DNA of 64,000 bases from a virus: IMG/VR virus record IMGVR_UViG_3300009285_002342, positions 1 to 64,000 of that record; one strand, written 5' to 3'. This document shows positions 27,859-37,387 of the stretch, piece after piece; positions within the stretch are counted from its first letter, which is position 1, and every line of letters begins with the position of its first letter. The notes beneath the pieces are model-generated. The model did not search any database. It was not told the origin of the DNA and saw only the letters and a program-made list of their open reading frames with translations. The translations under genes and the position numbers were made by a program.

Positions 27859-28058
27859 CGGGGAAAATAGGTAGAGGGCGGAATACTTATCTTATCGGTC
27901 TGCAGAACCTATCCCCGATTTTTAAAAACCACACTCATAAACTAAAAGGGAAAAATAATACCGGAAGGCAAAAAGAAAGGAAAGAACTTTCGGGGAAAAC
28001 GGCTCAACGGAGGGAAGTTTCGTTAAGCTGCCTTATCGGTGCTGACACACCTATCCCC
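27859..28058 (-). promoter_or_regulatory. Two tandem copies of a structured RNA motif in the leader
   Basis: GGGGATAGGT..(C/T)(G/C)CAG(C)ACCGATAAG...TTTTCCCCG at 27859-27917 and 27991-28058. Confidence 0.55.
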
Positions 28059-28073
28059 AAAAGTGCGTTAATT

Positions 28074-28451
28074 TCAAGGCAAAGTATCGTTTAGCATTAC
28101 AATTTCCCTAGCCAGTCCATTCCGATACCACACTAAAATCACCATACCAAAAGGCGCACCGGCTAACGGAGGCATCCATAGAATATCCATAACTACTTCA
28201 ACCTCATTCCCCACGCCGCCTATATGCCGATATCCGGTCCCCAAAATATCAGCCCTAGAAAGAAAAGGTAAACGGGCGGAACCAGTTCTCATAAGGTAAT
28301 ATTGATCTGTAGATAGATAAGCAGTTATATAGCATCCATCTACCCCTTGCGTAGAAACTTGCTGATTCGCCTCATTCCATTTTTCCGGAAGGCCGAATTG
28401 CGCAAAAGCATTTCCAGAAAGCAAAAGTAGAATAACAATGATTTTTTTCAT
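28074..28451 (-). CDS. Secreted or periplasmic hypothetical protein
   Basis: Signal peptide MKKIIVILLLLSGNAFA. Confidence 0.7.
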   Translation of the reverse strand: MKKIIVILLLLSGNAFAQFGLPEKWNEANQQVSTQGVDGCYITAYLSTDQYYLMRTGSARLPFLSRADILGTGYRHIGGVGNEVEVVMDILWMPPLAGAPFGMVILVWYRNGLAREIVMLNDTLP

Positions 28452-28567
28452 TTCCCTTTCTCCTTAGTTTTTACGCGCCGGGCAAAATCGGAATTAAAAA
28501 CTTACAACCCTCGCAAGGCTATCGTCTTTTCATTCAGCAAAACAATTCCGCCCAGCGCGCAAATCTG

Positions 28568-30061
28568 TTACTCCACTTCTATCATTCTTCCTTTATCGTC
28601 TTTCGGAATCGGAAGTTTCGAAGTAACTCCGATATGTCTTCGAAATTTCCCATTAGAAAGAAGGCGAATCAAATACATTCCAGGATCGGAACACCGTATA
28701 TCCACCAAGCCATTTTCGTTAAATTCAATTCTTAACCCTAACTCTTTCCAATTTACCTTATCCGGTTCGTTTCTTTTCGCAAATCCTTTTCGAATTAACC
28801 AATTCGGCCAGCATTCTCCTTGTTCTTCGGCGAAGGTCATCAGCTCTTCGAAATCATAAGGTCCGTAACCGAATTTGTTCAAAACCTTGATTAGATCGTT
28901 TTGAATAACATTCTGTTCAATCAAGGCGGCCGCGGTGATCGGTTTGAGTTGTACGTAATTCATCGTTTTTTCTCCTTCCGTTATGATTTCTAAATCCTCG
29001 TTTTTAAACCAAGAAATACCTTTCCCGCTATAATCTTCCTTATCGTATCGACAATTAGCGGAATTATCTTCTGTATCAATCTCTAAAACTTCCATCGGCC
29101 TTCCGATTAACCAGGCATATTTCGATTGACTCCAGCCCTTCTTCTCGCTCGCGGATAGAGAAATAAGTTTAACCTTATCGCCGGGCTTAAAGGTTTTCTC
29201 TCCTTCCGTTATGATTTCAAAGTCTTCAGCCGCAAACCAATCTATGTTTTCGTCGCCTTCTTCGTCTGAATACTCGCAATAGACAGTATTATCTTTTGGA
29301 TCAAATCCCTTTACCGTCATTACCTTCCCGATTAGGTAATCGTCGGAATCTTCCGCCCAATTACCCTCCTCGGATTTTTCTAGCGAAACCAACTTAACCT
29401 TATCACCGACTTTAAAGGCTTTCTTTTTGTTAGGAATTTCTTCCGTTTTAGCCGGGCGAAGTTCTAATGGGTTCCATGCCCACATTCCTTTAGCCGGAAG
29501 ACCGGTGCAGATATATTCGCATATACTTCTAACCTTAATCGCCTTCCCGATAAGTGCATCCATAAGCCCATCTAAATTCCAACCGGGTATTCCTGTCTTC
29601 CTTCCGGTAGGAACTACCCAATCGTCCTTTTTGAATTCGTGCGAAACTTGCTCTAGATCGGATGGATGAAAATTCCAAGTACCGCCCCCTTCTATGTAAA
29701 CACGAATTCCGGTTTCGTTTTTGATTACTTCGCCGGTCTTACCTAGGCATTCATCCATACTATTTGTCCACAACAAGACGGATTTTTCGGTAGCTTCCTT
29801 GCTGACGATCTTTACTTTATCGCCTACGTAGAATTGTTTTTCCGGTATTTCTTCGAAAATAATCTTCGGTTTTCGCAGAAAAAGAGTTGGGCCTTCATCG
29901 TCAGAAACTAATCTGCCGTCCGCCGTAAACGAATCTACTTTACTCTCTTTGAATTCGACGGTAACGGGATATTCCCTTTCGCTGATTTCGGTAATTTTTC
30001 CCTCGCCCAAATTCAGTGAATAAACCGTAGTTCCTACCGCGCACTTCGTAAAATCTTTCAT
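28568..30061 (-). CDS. Protein with tandem SH3/KOW-like (FKVGDKVK) repeats
   Basis: FYVGDKVK, FKKDDWV, FKVGDKVK, FKPGDKVK; EIITEGEKT repeated. Confidence 0.75.
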   Translation of the reverse strand: MKDFTKCAVGTTVYSLNLGEGKITEISEREYPVTVEFKESKVDSFTADGRLVSDDEGPTLFLRKPKIIFEEIPEKQFYVGDKVKIVSKEATEKSVLLWTNSMDECLGKTGEVIKNETGIRVYIEGGGTWNFHPSDLEQVSHEFKKDDWVVPTGRKTGIPGWNLDGLMDALIGKAIKVRSICEYICTGLPAKGMWAWNPLELRPAKTEEIPNKKKAFKVGDKVKLVSLEKSEEGNWAEDSDDYLIGKVMTVKGFDPKDNTVYCEYSDEEGDENIDWFAAEDFEIITEGEKTFKPGDKVKLISLSASEKKGWSQSKYAWLIGRPMEVLEIDTEDNSANCRYDKEDYSGKGISWFKNEDLEIITEGEKTMNYVQLKPITAAALIEQNVIQNDLIKVLNKFGYGPYDFEELMTFAEEQGECWPNWLIRKGFAKRNEPDKVNWKELGLRIEFNENGLVDIRCSDPGMYLIRLLSNGKFRRHIGVTSKLPIPKDDKGRMIEVE

Positions 30062-30074
30062 TTTCCTTCCCTCC

Positions 30075-30923
30075 TTATTTCCACGTTCTTACCACAAAAC
30101 GTTTCCTTGGATTCGGTTTCTTTTCTATGGTTTTAGGCATTCGGGAAACAATGTCGGATATCGCCTGTTTTGCTTCGGGAAGGCTAGATAGACTCACTAA
30201 GCCAAATTCCCATCCTCCAAAAAACTTTTCCCCCTTTCCCTGCGCATACCGATCTATATAAAACGTTCCGGACGCTACGGAATAAAGCGGGGATTCAACC
30301 CATAAAATTTCTTTACACTTATTCAAGACAACGGTGGGCATCGGTTCATCCGATTGAATACCTACCAAAACGTTTGCTGTCCCTACTACCATAAACGCCT
30401 TGATTCCGTCGTATTCCGCTTCCCTTACGATTCTTTCAATATTCAACTTTTCCGGCGGGATAACGATTTCGTAACGACCGGTATGAATTTCTTTTTCGAA
30501 GGAAAGAACTCCTTTTGGAGGATCGCAACCTTTACCTTCTATATAAGACGCCCTTTCTTCAGAAAGAATAGCGTCACAAATCGGTTCCTGTTCGTTCTTT
30601 TTGTTTTCCGGAGTAGTTTTTGAAAACATTTGTTTCATAAATTCCTTTCCTTCTTCGGAAACCATCCATTTGATAATCTTATCGGATTCCCGTTCCCGTT
30701 TTTCTCTTACCGTTCGCTTCGTAGCGTCTTCTTCATTCAGCATTATATCCTCGAATGTAATCGGATTCCTAAGTTTTTTCGGTAGAAAAATCTTTTCCGT
30801 TTCTTCCACCTTAAACTTCCCCGAAGCGTTACCGGATTTAATCCATCCGGCACCGTATCTCTTCATAAAATTCCCCAATCCCTTCGGAACACTTACCGTA
30901 ACTTTTACTTCCGATTTTTTCAT
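30075..30923 (-). CDS. Hypothetical protein
   Basis: Long coupled ORF. Confidence 0.7.
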   Translation of the reverse strand: MKKSEVKVTVSVPKGLGNFMKRYGAGWIKSGNASGKFKVEETEKIFLPKKLRNPITFEDIMLNEEDATKRTVREKRERESDKIIKWMVSEEGKEFMKQMFSKTTPENKKNEQEPICDAILSEERASYIEGKGCDPPKGVLSFEKEIHTGRYEIVIPPEKLNIERIVREAEYDGIKAFMVVGTANVLVGIQSDEPMPTVVLNKCKEILWVESPLYSVASGTFYIDRYAQGKGEKFFGGWEFGLVSLSSLPEAKQAISDIVSRMPKTIEKKPNPRKRFVVRTWK

Positions 30924-31234
30924 ATTTCCCCCTCTTTTTCTAAAATAATCGTTTCGTCCATATCTAACCAGGAAAATCCTAGTTTTTTTACAACTTTTCC
31001 GTGTCCATTTTTAGCAAAATCAACCCATCTAATATGCCCCTTTTCTGCATCTTCTTTTGTTCCGTATCTTTCAACGGGATGAATACCGTTTTTATCTAAA
31101 AGTGCGGTTTCGAAACCTTCATCCGAAGTATAGGCAGTAGATACGCCAATACCGTTATTATCTTCCGGTTCTACCCTTCCGATTCTTCTTAAATCATACG
31201 TTCCGATATCTTGAATGAAATCAAATATACCCAT
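30920..31234 (-). CDS. Hypothetical phage protein
   Basis: VSTA..FET..ERY.TKEDAEKGH. Confidence 0.7.
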   Translation of the reverse strand: MGIFDFIQDIGTYDLRRIGRVEPEDNNGIGVSTAYTSDEGFETALLDKNGIHPVERYGTKEDAEKGHIRWVDFAKNGHGKVVKKLGFSWLDMDETIILEKEGEI

Positions 31235-31252
31235 GAATTTCCCCCTTCTCGG

Positions 31253-31441
31253 TTAATTTTTTCTTCTATTTTTCTTTCTACAAAGTTTTGCTGTTTTATT
31301 TTTCTTTTTTCTACCTAAATTATCAACTTTATGTTTAGCTTTACGTCGTTCCGCCTTTTTAGCCATCCTCTTTTTCTCAATAATATTTTCTAGATCCCTT
31401 TGTTGTTTTAAAAAAGAATAAAAATCATCCGCAGAAGTCAT
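31253..31441 (-). CDS. Small basic protein
   Basis: First gene after the promoter at 31474-31502. Confidence 0.55.
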   Translation of the reverse strand: MTSADDFYSFLKQQRDLENIIEKKRMAKKAERRKAKHKVDNLGRKKKNKTAKLCRKKNRRKN

Positions 31442-31473
31442 TTTCTTATTTCCCTGTTTAATTTTTCTAAAAC

Positions 31474-31502
31474 ATTATAACCAAAATTTTAAAATTTTTA
31501 AA
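31474..31502 (-). promoter_or_regulatory. Promoter TTTAAA-N17-TATAAT
   Basis: Conserved motif copy. Confidence 0.75.
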
Positions 31503-31526
31503 GAAAATAAATCAATATCTTTCTAC

Positions 31527-31619
31527 GCTTCGCCTAATCGTTTTTAAGACGTTTTTATTTTTACCCGTAGGGTATATCGGAAAAATCTAGATCGTTTAAC
31601 CTAGACGATTCTACGAAGC
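31527..31619 (+). repeat. Dispersed TIR element, copy C
   Basis: GCTTCG...CGAAGC ends and conserved internal blocks. Confidence 0.85.
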
Positions 31620-31620
31620 C

Positions 31621-31971
31621 CTACATATAAAAATCCATATAGTTATAATCCCGGTCTTCTTTTTCCGACCGTATCGCAGCCATTAAATCGCCCCATCCAC
31701 GATAGGAAAAAGTCGCTACGGTATTATCTTCAAAAAGCGGAACGCCGGTTTTTGATTGTTGATGATCTTGACCGGTAAACCAAATATCGTTTTCTAAAAT
31801 GCTTTCCCGTATCGCTTCCAAATACAATTTAGACTCATCGATAAATATATTAACATAATCTTTCCAGCGCATCCCCGATTGATTAAAATTAAAAAATCCG
31901 CCTAAACCGCCACAAGGCGCGGAAGGATAGTCTCTCGCTTCATCATAAGAAATCCATTTCTTTACTTTCAT
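31621..31971 (-). CDS. Hypothetical phage protein
   Basis: FSYRGWGDLMA...YMDFYM. Confidence 0.7.
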   Translation of the reverse strand: MKVKKWISYDEARDYPSAPCGGLGGFFNFNQSGMRWKDYVNIFIDESKLYLEAIRESILENDIWFTGQDHQQSKTGVPLFEDNTVATFSYRGWGDLMAAIRSEKEDRDYNYMDFYM

Positions 31972-32606
31972 TTCCTTACCTCTATGTATGTTCGTAGATA
32001 TCCTACTTCCGGATCGAATTTTTTAGTAAAGAAGAATACGGAATCTGCCGCTTCGATTTGATCCTGGATATGACTAACCATAATGATTTGTAAGCCTAAT
32101 TGTGAGCTAATTTCTTTTATCATCGCCATATTCCTTTCAGGTATATCGCCGCCTTTAGCAAAATGTCCCGGCTCATCTAGGAACATAGACATACGCGGTT
32201 TCGGCCTACGAAGATAAAACATAGCGAACTGAAGACCGGAAGCAGCTACACCTACTTCCCCGCCACCACCGCTAAAAGTTAAATCCTTAGCCCTTTTCCC
32301 GTTCGCTTTTTCCCAGATTAAATCACATTCCGTTTTTCCTCTTCTCGGTACAAATTCCAAAATAAGATTCCATGGATCGTCGAACACTGAAGCCATAGCC
32401 AAAGAGACTAATTCGGAAACATGAAACTCTAATTGTTTCTGGGTTTCACTAGCTACAATTTGCGCTACTGATTGTGCTTCTTCGGAAGATAGAAGAGAAG
32501 ATTTCGTATTGGCGATATTATTTTTCGCTTCCGCTATTCGCCTTTCCGTAAGGGATAATTCGCCTTTTTTCCTTTCAATAGCGGAACGGTATTCTTTAAT
32601 GTTCAT
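31968..32606 (-). CDS. SbcC/Rad50-like ATPase, C-terminal half
   Basis: Coiled coil, signature SGGGGE, Walker B FLDEP, IIMVSH. Confidence 0.85.
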   Translation of the reverse strand: MNIKEYRSAIERKKGELSLTERRIAEAKNNIANTKSSLLSSEEAQSVAQIVASETQKQLEFHVSELVSLAMASVFDDPWNLILEFVPRRGKTECDLIWEKANGKRAKDLTFSGGGGEVGVAASGLQFAMFYLRRPKPRMSMFLDEPGHFAKGGDIPERNMAMIKEISSQLGLQIIMVSHIQDQIEAADSVFFFTKKFDPEVGYLRTYIEVRK

Positions 32607-32812
32607 TTATCCACCGCATCCCTTATCGCCCTGATTGTATCCGCACAAACCCGTACGAACTCCTGCCCCCTAAGTTTCTGTAACTCAGATTCAAGGTCTT
32701 GTTCGTCAACATTATCCATAAGAATATTTCCCTGCCCAGCCAAACAACCATTCCATCCTCTTAAAATTACCCACTTTTTGCCGTCTCCTTGTGAGCAGAT
32801 TGCATAAAACAT
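32603..32812 (-). CDS. Hypothetical protein
   Basis: GGAGG RBS. Confidence 0.6.
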   Translation of the reverse strand: MFYAICSQGDGKKWVILRGWNGCLAGQGNILMDNVDEQDLESELQKLRGQEFVRVCADTIRAIRDAVDK

Positions 32813-32872
32813 ATTCTCTACCTCCCTTCATCTCTTTACGCTCCTTTCAACAACCACCCGATAGATATGACG

Positions 32873-33118
32873 TTAATTCCATTCATAAGACTTTTCCAAA
32901 TTCGATAATCCTTCGTCGAATTCAGTTTCTAACCGTTTCAATTCTCCATCTAAACGGTCTAGTTCTGTTTGTCCTTTTTCTTTTGAATCGCAACCATACT
33001 GTTTAAGTTGCAAAAAAAGATTTTCTTTCGTCCCTTCTAGGCGGTCCTTTTTACTTTTAGCAGCATCTATAACCGCTTTAATCTTTGTCAATTTAGCTAC
33101 CTTTTCTTCGTTAGTCAT
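32873..33118 (-). CDS. Short coiled-coil protein, possible SbcC middle segment
   Basis: Heptad-rich; lies between SbcD and SbcC-C. Confidence 0.6.
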   Translation of the reverse strand: MTNEEKVAKLTKIKAVIDAAKSKKDRLEGTKENLFLQLKQYGCDSKEKGQTELDRLDGELKRLETEFDEGLSNLEKSYEWN

Positions 33119-33330
33119 AATCCCATATTCTCCGTATGTTTTTTAATTTCATTTATAGAAGGAATTTTATATTTCCCTTCTTCAGTATTCTTAGCACCTA
33201 TAGCGGACATTATACAAAAGGTTCTAGTTCTTCCGTTAAATGCCTGCATTTCATCTAATGCTTCCCACATTATGTTTACTAAATTCCGCTTAGGTAACTT
33301 TAATAGTAGTTCGTAAAGATTATCGTTCAT
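33115..33330 (-). CDS. Hypothetical protein
   Basis: Coupled. Confidence 0.6.
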   Translation of the reverse strand: MNDNLYELLLKLPKRNLVNIMWEALDEMQAFNGRTRTFCIMSAIGAKNTEEGKYKIPSINEIKKHTENMGL

Positions 33331-33535
33331 TTCTTTTCTTCCCTAAGCGTTTAAAAATTTCTAAAGCTAATTTTTCAGCTTCTTCAAGAGAAAGGTTAAT
33401 ATAAGTAGAGGTATCCCCCCCGGGATGAAGCGAAAGAGTTTTCGATATAGAAATATAACTAGACGAAACATAATGCTTGAATGGAGTATTATGTTTCCCT
33501 GCTCTATGTTTAGTTACCTTAATCCCAGGTTTCAT
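33320..33535 (-). CDS. Hypothetical protein
   Basis: ATGA-coupled to SbcD. Confidence 0.55.
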   Translation of the reverse strand: MKPGIKVTKHRAGKHNTPFKHYVSSSYISISKTLSLHPGGDTSTYINLSLEEAEKLALEIFKRLGKKRNER

Positions 33536-34479
33536 TTTTTCGCCTTCTCTATCCATTCAAAAAGTTTATCAGATATTTCTTTCGCTGTTTTATTCCCCGC
33601 TAAATATTTTTTACAATTACTTTCGTAGTCTAAACCTAATTCAATTTCGCCTTTTAATTTCTCAATATAGGCAAAAACCGCTTCCCGTCTTTCTTCTTTA
33701 ACTTCGGCTTCTTCGATATGCGTAGTATCTATTACACCTTCTTCTATCGGAAGATAAACAGGCTCTACCCGATTACTTTCGGCATAATACAGATAAACCC
33801 TTGGTTTGTGTTCAATTTGATCCGATTTAAGTCTTAGGATACTACCTGGATTTACCAGTAGTCTTCCGTCATACGCTACCGTAAATGGTTTATGATTATC
33901 GCCGGAAAGAATAACATCGTATTGCGAAAATTTTTCTAATAACGCTTCAGCAGAAACCCCCTTCTCTGATTCCCATCCCGCACCTTCGCCTTCTAAAACA
34001 AGTTGATGAGTCATAGCGATATTCCTACTCCCCAAGACTGCTTCGATTGGTTCGGAAATAGGTACGCCGTAAGAAAAAGGAAAAACAGAAATTCCGTTAA
34101 AATTGTACACTTTCGTAAAAGGATTAATACGAATAGCCCCAGCTTCGTGAAGTACACCGATACCGCAATTAGACCATTCCGCAACTATATGGTTTTGTAG
34201 ATCATGTTGCCCAGGAATTGCTACGATATCGGTTCCGTTTACCCTCCGAATGAATTCCGCTAAAAGCCAATTAAGCCATTGCGCTTTATCCCCTACGTCG
34301 CCAGAAATTAAAACAGGGATTTTACCGTATTTATTAGACAGGTTGATAATAAAATCCACCTTCCGCCACATCGTCGCTACAAAATCATCAGTACGACAAA
34401 GCGGGACGGCAGACCTTATATGCCAATCTGAACTAAAGATTAAGGCTGGTCTTTCTATGTTGCCTCTTGTACGTTTCAT
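33532..34479 (-). CDS. SbcD/Mre11-like metallophosphoesterase nuclease
   Basis: SDWH, GDVGD, PGQHD, GDNH and NPGS motifs. Confidence 0.9.
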   Translation of the reverse strand: MKRTRGNIERPALIFSSDWHIRSAVPLCRTDDFVATMWRKVDFIINLSNKYGKIPVLISGDVGDKAQWLNWLLAEFIRRVNGTDIVAIPGQHDLQNHIVAEWSNCGIGVLHEAGAIRINPFTKVYNFNGISVFPFSYGVPISEPIEAVLGSRNIAMTHQLVLEGEGAGWESEKGVSAEALLEKFSQYDVILSGDNHKPFTVAYDGRLLVNPGSILRLKSDQIEHKPRVYLYYAESNRVEPVYLPIEEGVIDTTHIEEAEVKEERREAVFAYIEKLKGEIELGLDYESNCKKYLAGNKTAKEISDKLFEWIEKAKK

Positions 34480-34796
34480 AGATTCTCGGCTTTTTCTAAA
34501 GCGATTTTAACGTATTTTGCCCGTTCCGTTAGAATTTCCAACTGTCTTTTCTTCCGAAAAATAAAAGATAGTATCGCTTCTTCCTTCGTCTTACAAGCAA
34601 ACTGATTTTTTGCATTATCTCTTACTATCCGATATTTTCCAGATATATCTATTTTGGTTCCTTTCGGAGTTTTCTTGATTATCGGATATTCCCTTAGTTC
34701 GACTTTTAAGGTAGGCGGATTGGGCGGATTTTCCCCATAGGAATCTTCCGAACCATACAAAATATCTTCGTATCGATACAAAAATTCTTTTTTCAT
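34476..34796 (-). CDS. Hypothetical phage protein
   Basis: KKTPKG; KEEAILSF..RK motif. Confidence 0.7.
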   Translation of the reverse strand: MKKEFLYRYEDILYGSEDSYGENPPNPPTLKVELREYPIIKKTPKGTKIDISGKYRIVRDNAKNQFACKTKEEAILSFIFRKKRQLEILTERAKYVKIALEKAENL

Positions 34797-34962
34797 ATCT
34801 TTTCTCCTGCTAAAATTTTAATTCCTAAGACTTCGGTAGGTGTCATTCCACATTTTAAAAACGCTCTTCCTGTTTCTCCGCGTCGAATAAAACCTTCCGC
34901 CCATTGAATTTCAAAATCCGTCTCGGGTTCAATTAGCAAACCATCTTCTAAAATTTTTATTC

Positions 34963-35490
34963 TCATATTCTCCTCTTCGCTGTTATCGTTCGTAGATTAA
35001 TACAAATAGTTTCGACAATATCTACCGGAATAGAATATTGTCGAACGTCTATCCCGAATTCTTTAGCTTGGTCAAACCAGAATTTGTCCCTTTCGGGATT
35101 TTCGGATTCATAAGCATATTCGTAAACGATTTCGATTATACCGGCAGATTTAATCCGCTTTAAACACGGATAACACGGAAACAACGTACAATATATCGTA
35201 GCGCCGATAGTGTTTTTCCCGGCGTAATCTATAGCATTCGCCTCTGCATGTACCGCCGGGCAATAGTTATGCTTTTCCGATTCGGGCAATTCTAAATTCC
35301 TTCGAAAACAGTATTTATCGCCTTTATCGGTACATTGCGGAAAACCTGCTACCGTGCCGTTATAGCCAACGCCAACTATCCGTTTGTTTTTAACAATTAA
35401 AGCTCCATTAGGCCGACTGTTGCACCCACTTCTCATAGCGGCCGTTTTTACCAATGCCATAAAATATGAATCCCATGATAATCTGCTCAT
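34963..35490 (-). CDS. dCMP deaminase
   Basis: WDSYFM, RSGC, GYNG, HAEANAI and PCYPC motifs. Confidence 0.93.
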   Translation of the reverse strand: MSRLSWDSYFMALVKTAAMRSGCNSRPNGALIVKNKRIVGVGYNGTVAGFPQCTDKGDKYCFRRNLELPESEKHNYCPAVHAEANAIDYAGKNTIGATIYCTLFPCYPCLKRIKSAGIIEIVYEYAYESENPERDKFWFDQAKEFGIDVRQYSIPVDIVETICINLRTITAKRRI

Positions 35491-36029
35491 ATATGCGCCC
35501 ATGCTTTCTTTCTTATCACCGAATGTATATTTTGGACGGATACATTAAATTTTTTAGACAATTCCCTCATAGATACATTTTTCTTATACAAATCCCTAAT
35601 ATTTAAAACATCTTCTTCTGATAATTTAGAATGGGCATTTGCGATCCCTCTTGAATTTGCCAACCCGACCCTATGGGCATGTCTTGTATTTTCTAAAGCT
35701 GTCATCCATTCTAAATTATGAATATTGTTGTTTAACTTATTCCCGTCTTTATGGTTGCACTGATGTTTAGGGGACGGTCTTTTAGAACAAAAACATTCTA
35801 GTACTAAATGATGAACTCTAACTATTTGATGTTCGCCTACTTCGTTACATAAAGTAACAGAATAATAATTATTAATAAATTGGAATTTTAAAATCCTTCC
35901 TTTTTGTATTCTGTTTTTACCGTTTTTATCTTTTACAAATCTTGTTTTAGATTTTACTCTGCCGAAATTAGAAACAAAATAACCGCAATAATTTTCTATT
36001 GATCTCCAAATTTCCTTATCGTTTCCCAT
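35487..36029 (-). CDS. NUMOD4-HNH homing endonuclease with C-terminal HTH
   Basis: EIWRSI..Y.VSNFGRVKS; VHHLV; NHKDGNKLNN...NLEW...EN. Confidence 0.93.
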   Translation of the reverse strand: MGNDKEIWRSIENYCGYFVSNFGRVKSKTRFVKDKNGKNRIQKGRILKFQFINNYYSVTLCNEVGEHQIVRVHHLVLECFCSKRPSPKHQCNHKDGNKLNNNIHNLEWMTALENTRHAHRVGLANSRGIANAHSKLSEEDVLNIRDLYKKNVSMRELSKKFNVSVQNIHSVIRKKAWAHI

Positions 36030-36034
36030 AAAAA

Positions 36035-36166
36035 TTATCCCTTAGTAGTTCCAATGATCCGTTTGTTTTTAACAATTAAAGACCCGTTAGGACGACTATT
36101 ACAGCCGCTTCTCATAACCGCTAGTTTCGTTAGGGACATAAAATATGAATCCCAATCAATTCTCAT
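36035..36166 (-). pseudogene. Truncated N-terminal copy of dCMP deaminase (43 aa)
   Basis: MRIDWDSYFMSLTKLAVMRSGCNSRPNGSLIVKNKRIIGT, nearly identical to the full gene's N-terminus, then stop. Confidence 0.9.
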
Positions 36167-36310
36167 ATTCTTCCTCTCTTAATATCTCCCCATTCTATTG
36201 AAAAAGTCCAAAACAAAAGATCGATCTCGATAGAATTTCTCCAATTCCAATTTACTGTAACCCCTACAGAAATACATTGCCTATTTGTAAATCTTCTAAT
36301 TCTCATATTT

Positions 36311-37087
36311 TTAATCCTCAATATGAAGTATCGCTTTTAGCGGAAGTATCTGATGATCGTAGCAGTGAAGCCCTTGCGAAGCGAAAGTAATAGGACCGGG
36401 CGAAATTCCTAATTCTTCCGCGATATATTCGTTAAGCAAAGTCATTCCACCTATGTTTTCACCAAATGCACCGTATAAGTCCCAACTCCGGAAGACTACC
36501 CCTAAGATAAGTTGATTGTCTTTTATCTTTAGATCAATACCTTGTAAGCACGGCGTAGTTCTTCGTTCGGTTTCGTTCGTAAAATGAATATCGTAATTGA
36601 AACAAGATTCAGGATTTCCAACTTTAATATAACAATGGTTATTTCCGAATCCTTTTTCCTTGAAGTGCCTAATACACCACTCAAGTTGCGATTCCCAAAA
36701 AATTTCTACGCTAGTTATTGAATAACTAAGCGACGAAGGTTTTCTTATAAATCCTCTTTTTGCCCAATTATCCATATGTCCGTTAATCCATTGAGAATAA
36801 CGGTATTCTTCGTTCCGATTTAAGTTAGGGTCCATCAAATAATTCGCAAAATATTCCGAAATGGCTTCATCCGTAGTTACCGGTGGAACACCTTCCGGAA
36901 AAATAGGCGCTAAAGGACGGACGTGCGGATACTGAATAACCCCGGCAGCGAACATAAATTCTAAACGATTAGATCCGGCATGGCTTCCTGTATCTACCGG
37001 AGTTTTAATTCCGTCACGCCAAAGATTTGACAAAAGTGTAAAATAAGCATCCCCTATCGTCGTCGCTTCTATTAAGCAAGGCCGCAT
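36311..37087 (-). CDS. thyA: Thymidylate synthase
   Basis: PCLQ catalytic Cys; FRSWDLY...EN with the dUMP-specifying Asn; LHCY. Confidence 0.85.
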   Translation of the reverse strand: MRPCLIEATTIGDAYFTLLSNLWRDGIKTPVDTGSHAGSNRLEFMFAAGVIQYPHVRPLAPIFPEGVPPVTTDEAISEYFANYLMDPNLNRNEEYRYSQWINGHMDNWAKRGFIRKPSSLSYSITSVEIFWESQLEWCIRHFKEKGFGNNHCYIKVGNPESCFNYDIHFTNETERRTTPCLQGIDLKIKDNQLILGVVFRSWDLYGAFGENIGGMTLLNEYIAEELGISPGPITFASQGLHCYDHQILPLKAILHIED

Positions 37088-37386
37088 AGATCGTTTCCTT
37101 TCTTACTTTCTTCAAAATCTTTTTTAAAGTTGCTAACTACAAATTTATTTATCGCTTCTTGCATCTTATTCAAGCAAGAAGAGCAGATTTGAAAATGCGT
37201 ACCGGGAATTTTAATTGCCGTAGGAACAAAATCATCACAAAAATGACAAGGATATTCCATACTAAAATCGTTAGGTTCTGTACGATGATTACGAAAAATT
37301 GTAAATCCTTCATTTGAACCGACATTTTCAGCACCCATTACTATTTTCCCCATCCACTTCCCATCATAAAAATTTTTATCTTTCAT
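37072..37386 (-). CDS. Hypothetical Zn-binding protein
   Basis: CHFC and CSSC. Confidence 0.6.
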   Translation of the reverse strand: MKDKNFYDGKWMGKIVMGAENVGSNEGFTIFRNHRTEPNDFSMEYPCHFCDDFVPTAIKIPGTHFQICSSCLNKMQEAINKFVVSNFKKDFEESKKGNDLCGLA

Positions 37387-37387
37387 A

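Noticed and set aside
35487-36166. Group I intron explanation for the HNH insertions
   Set aside because: Only about 5-40 nt flank the HNH ORFs, too little for a ribozyme core, and the downstream genes have their own complete N-termini
36311-37087. dCMP hydroxymethylase
   Set aside because: The specificity position after RSxD is Asn (dUMP type), not Asp
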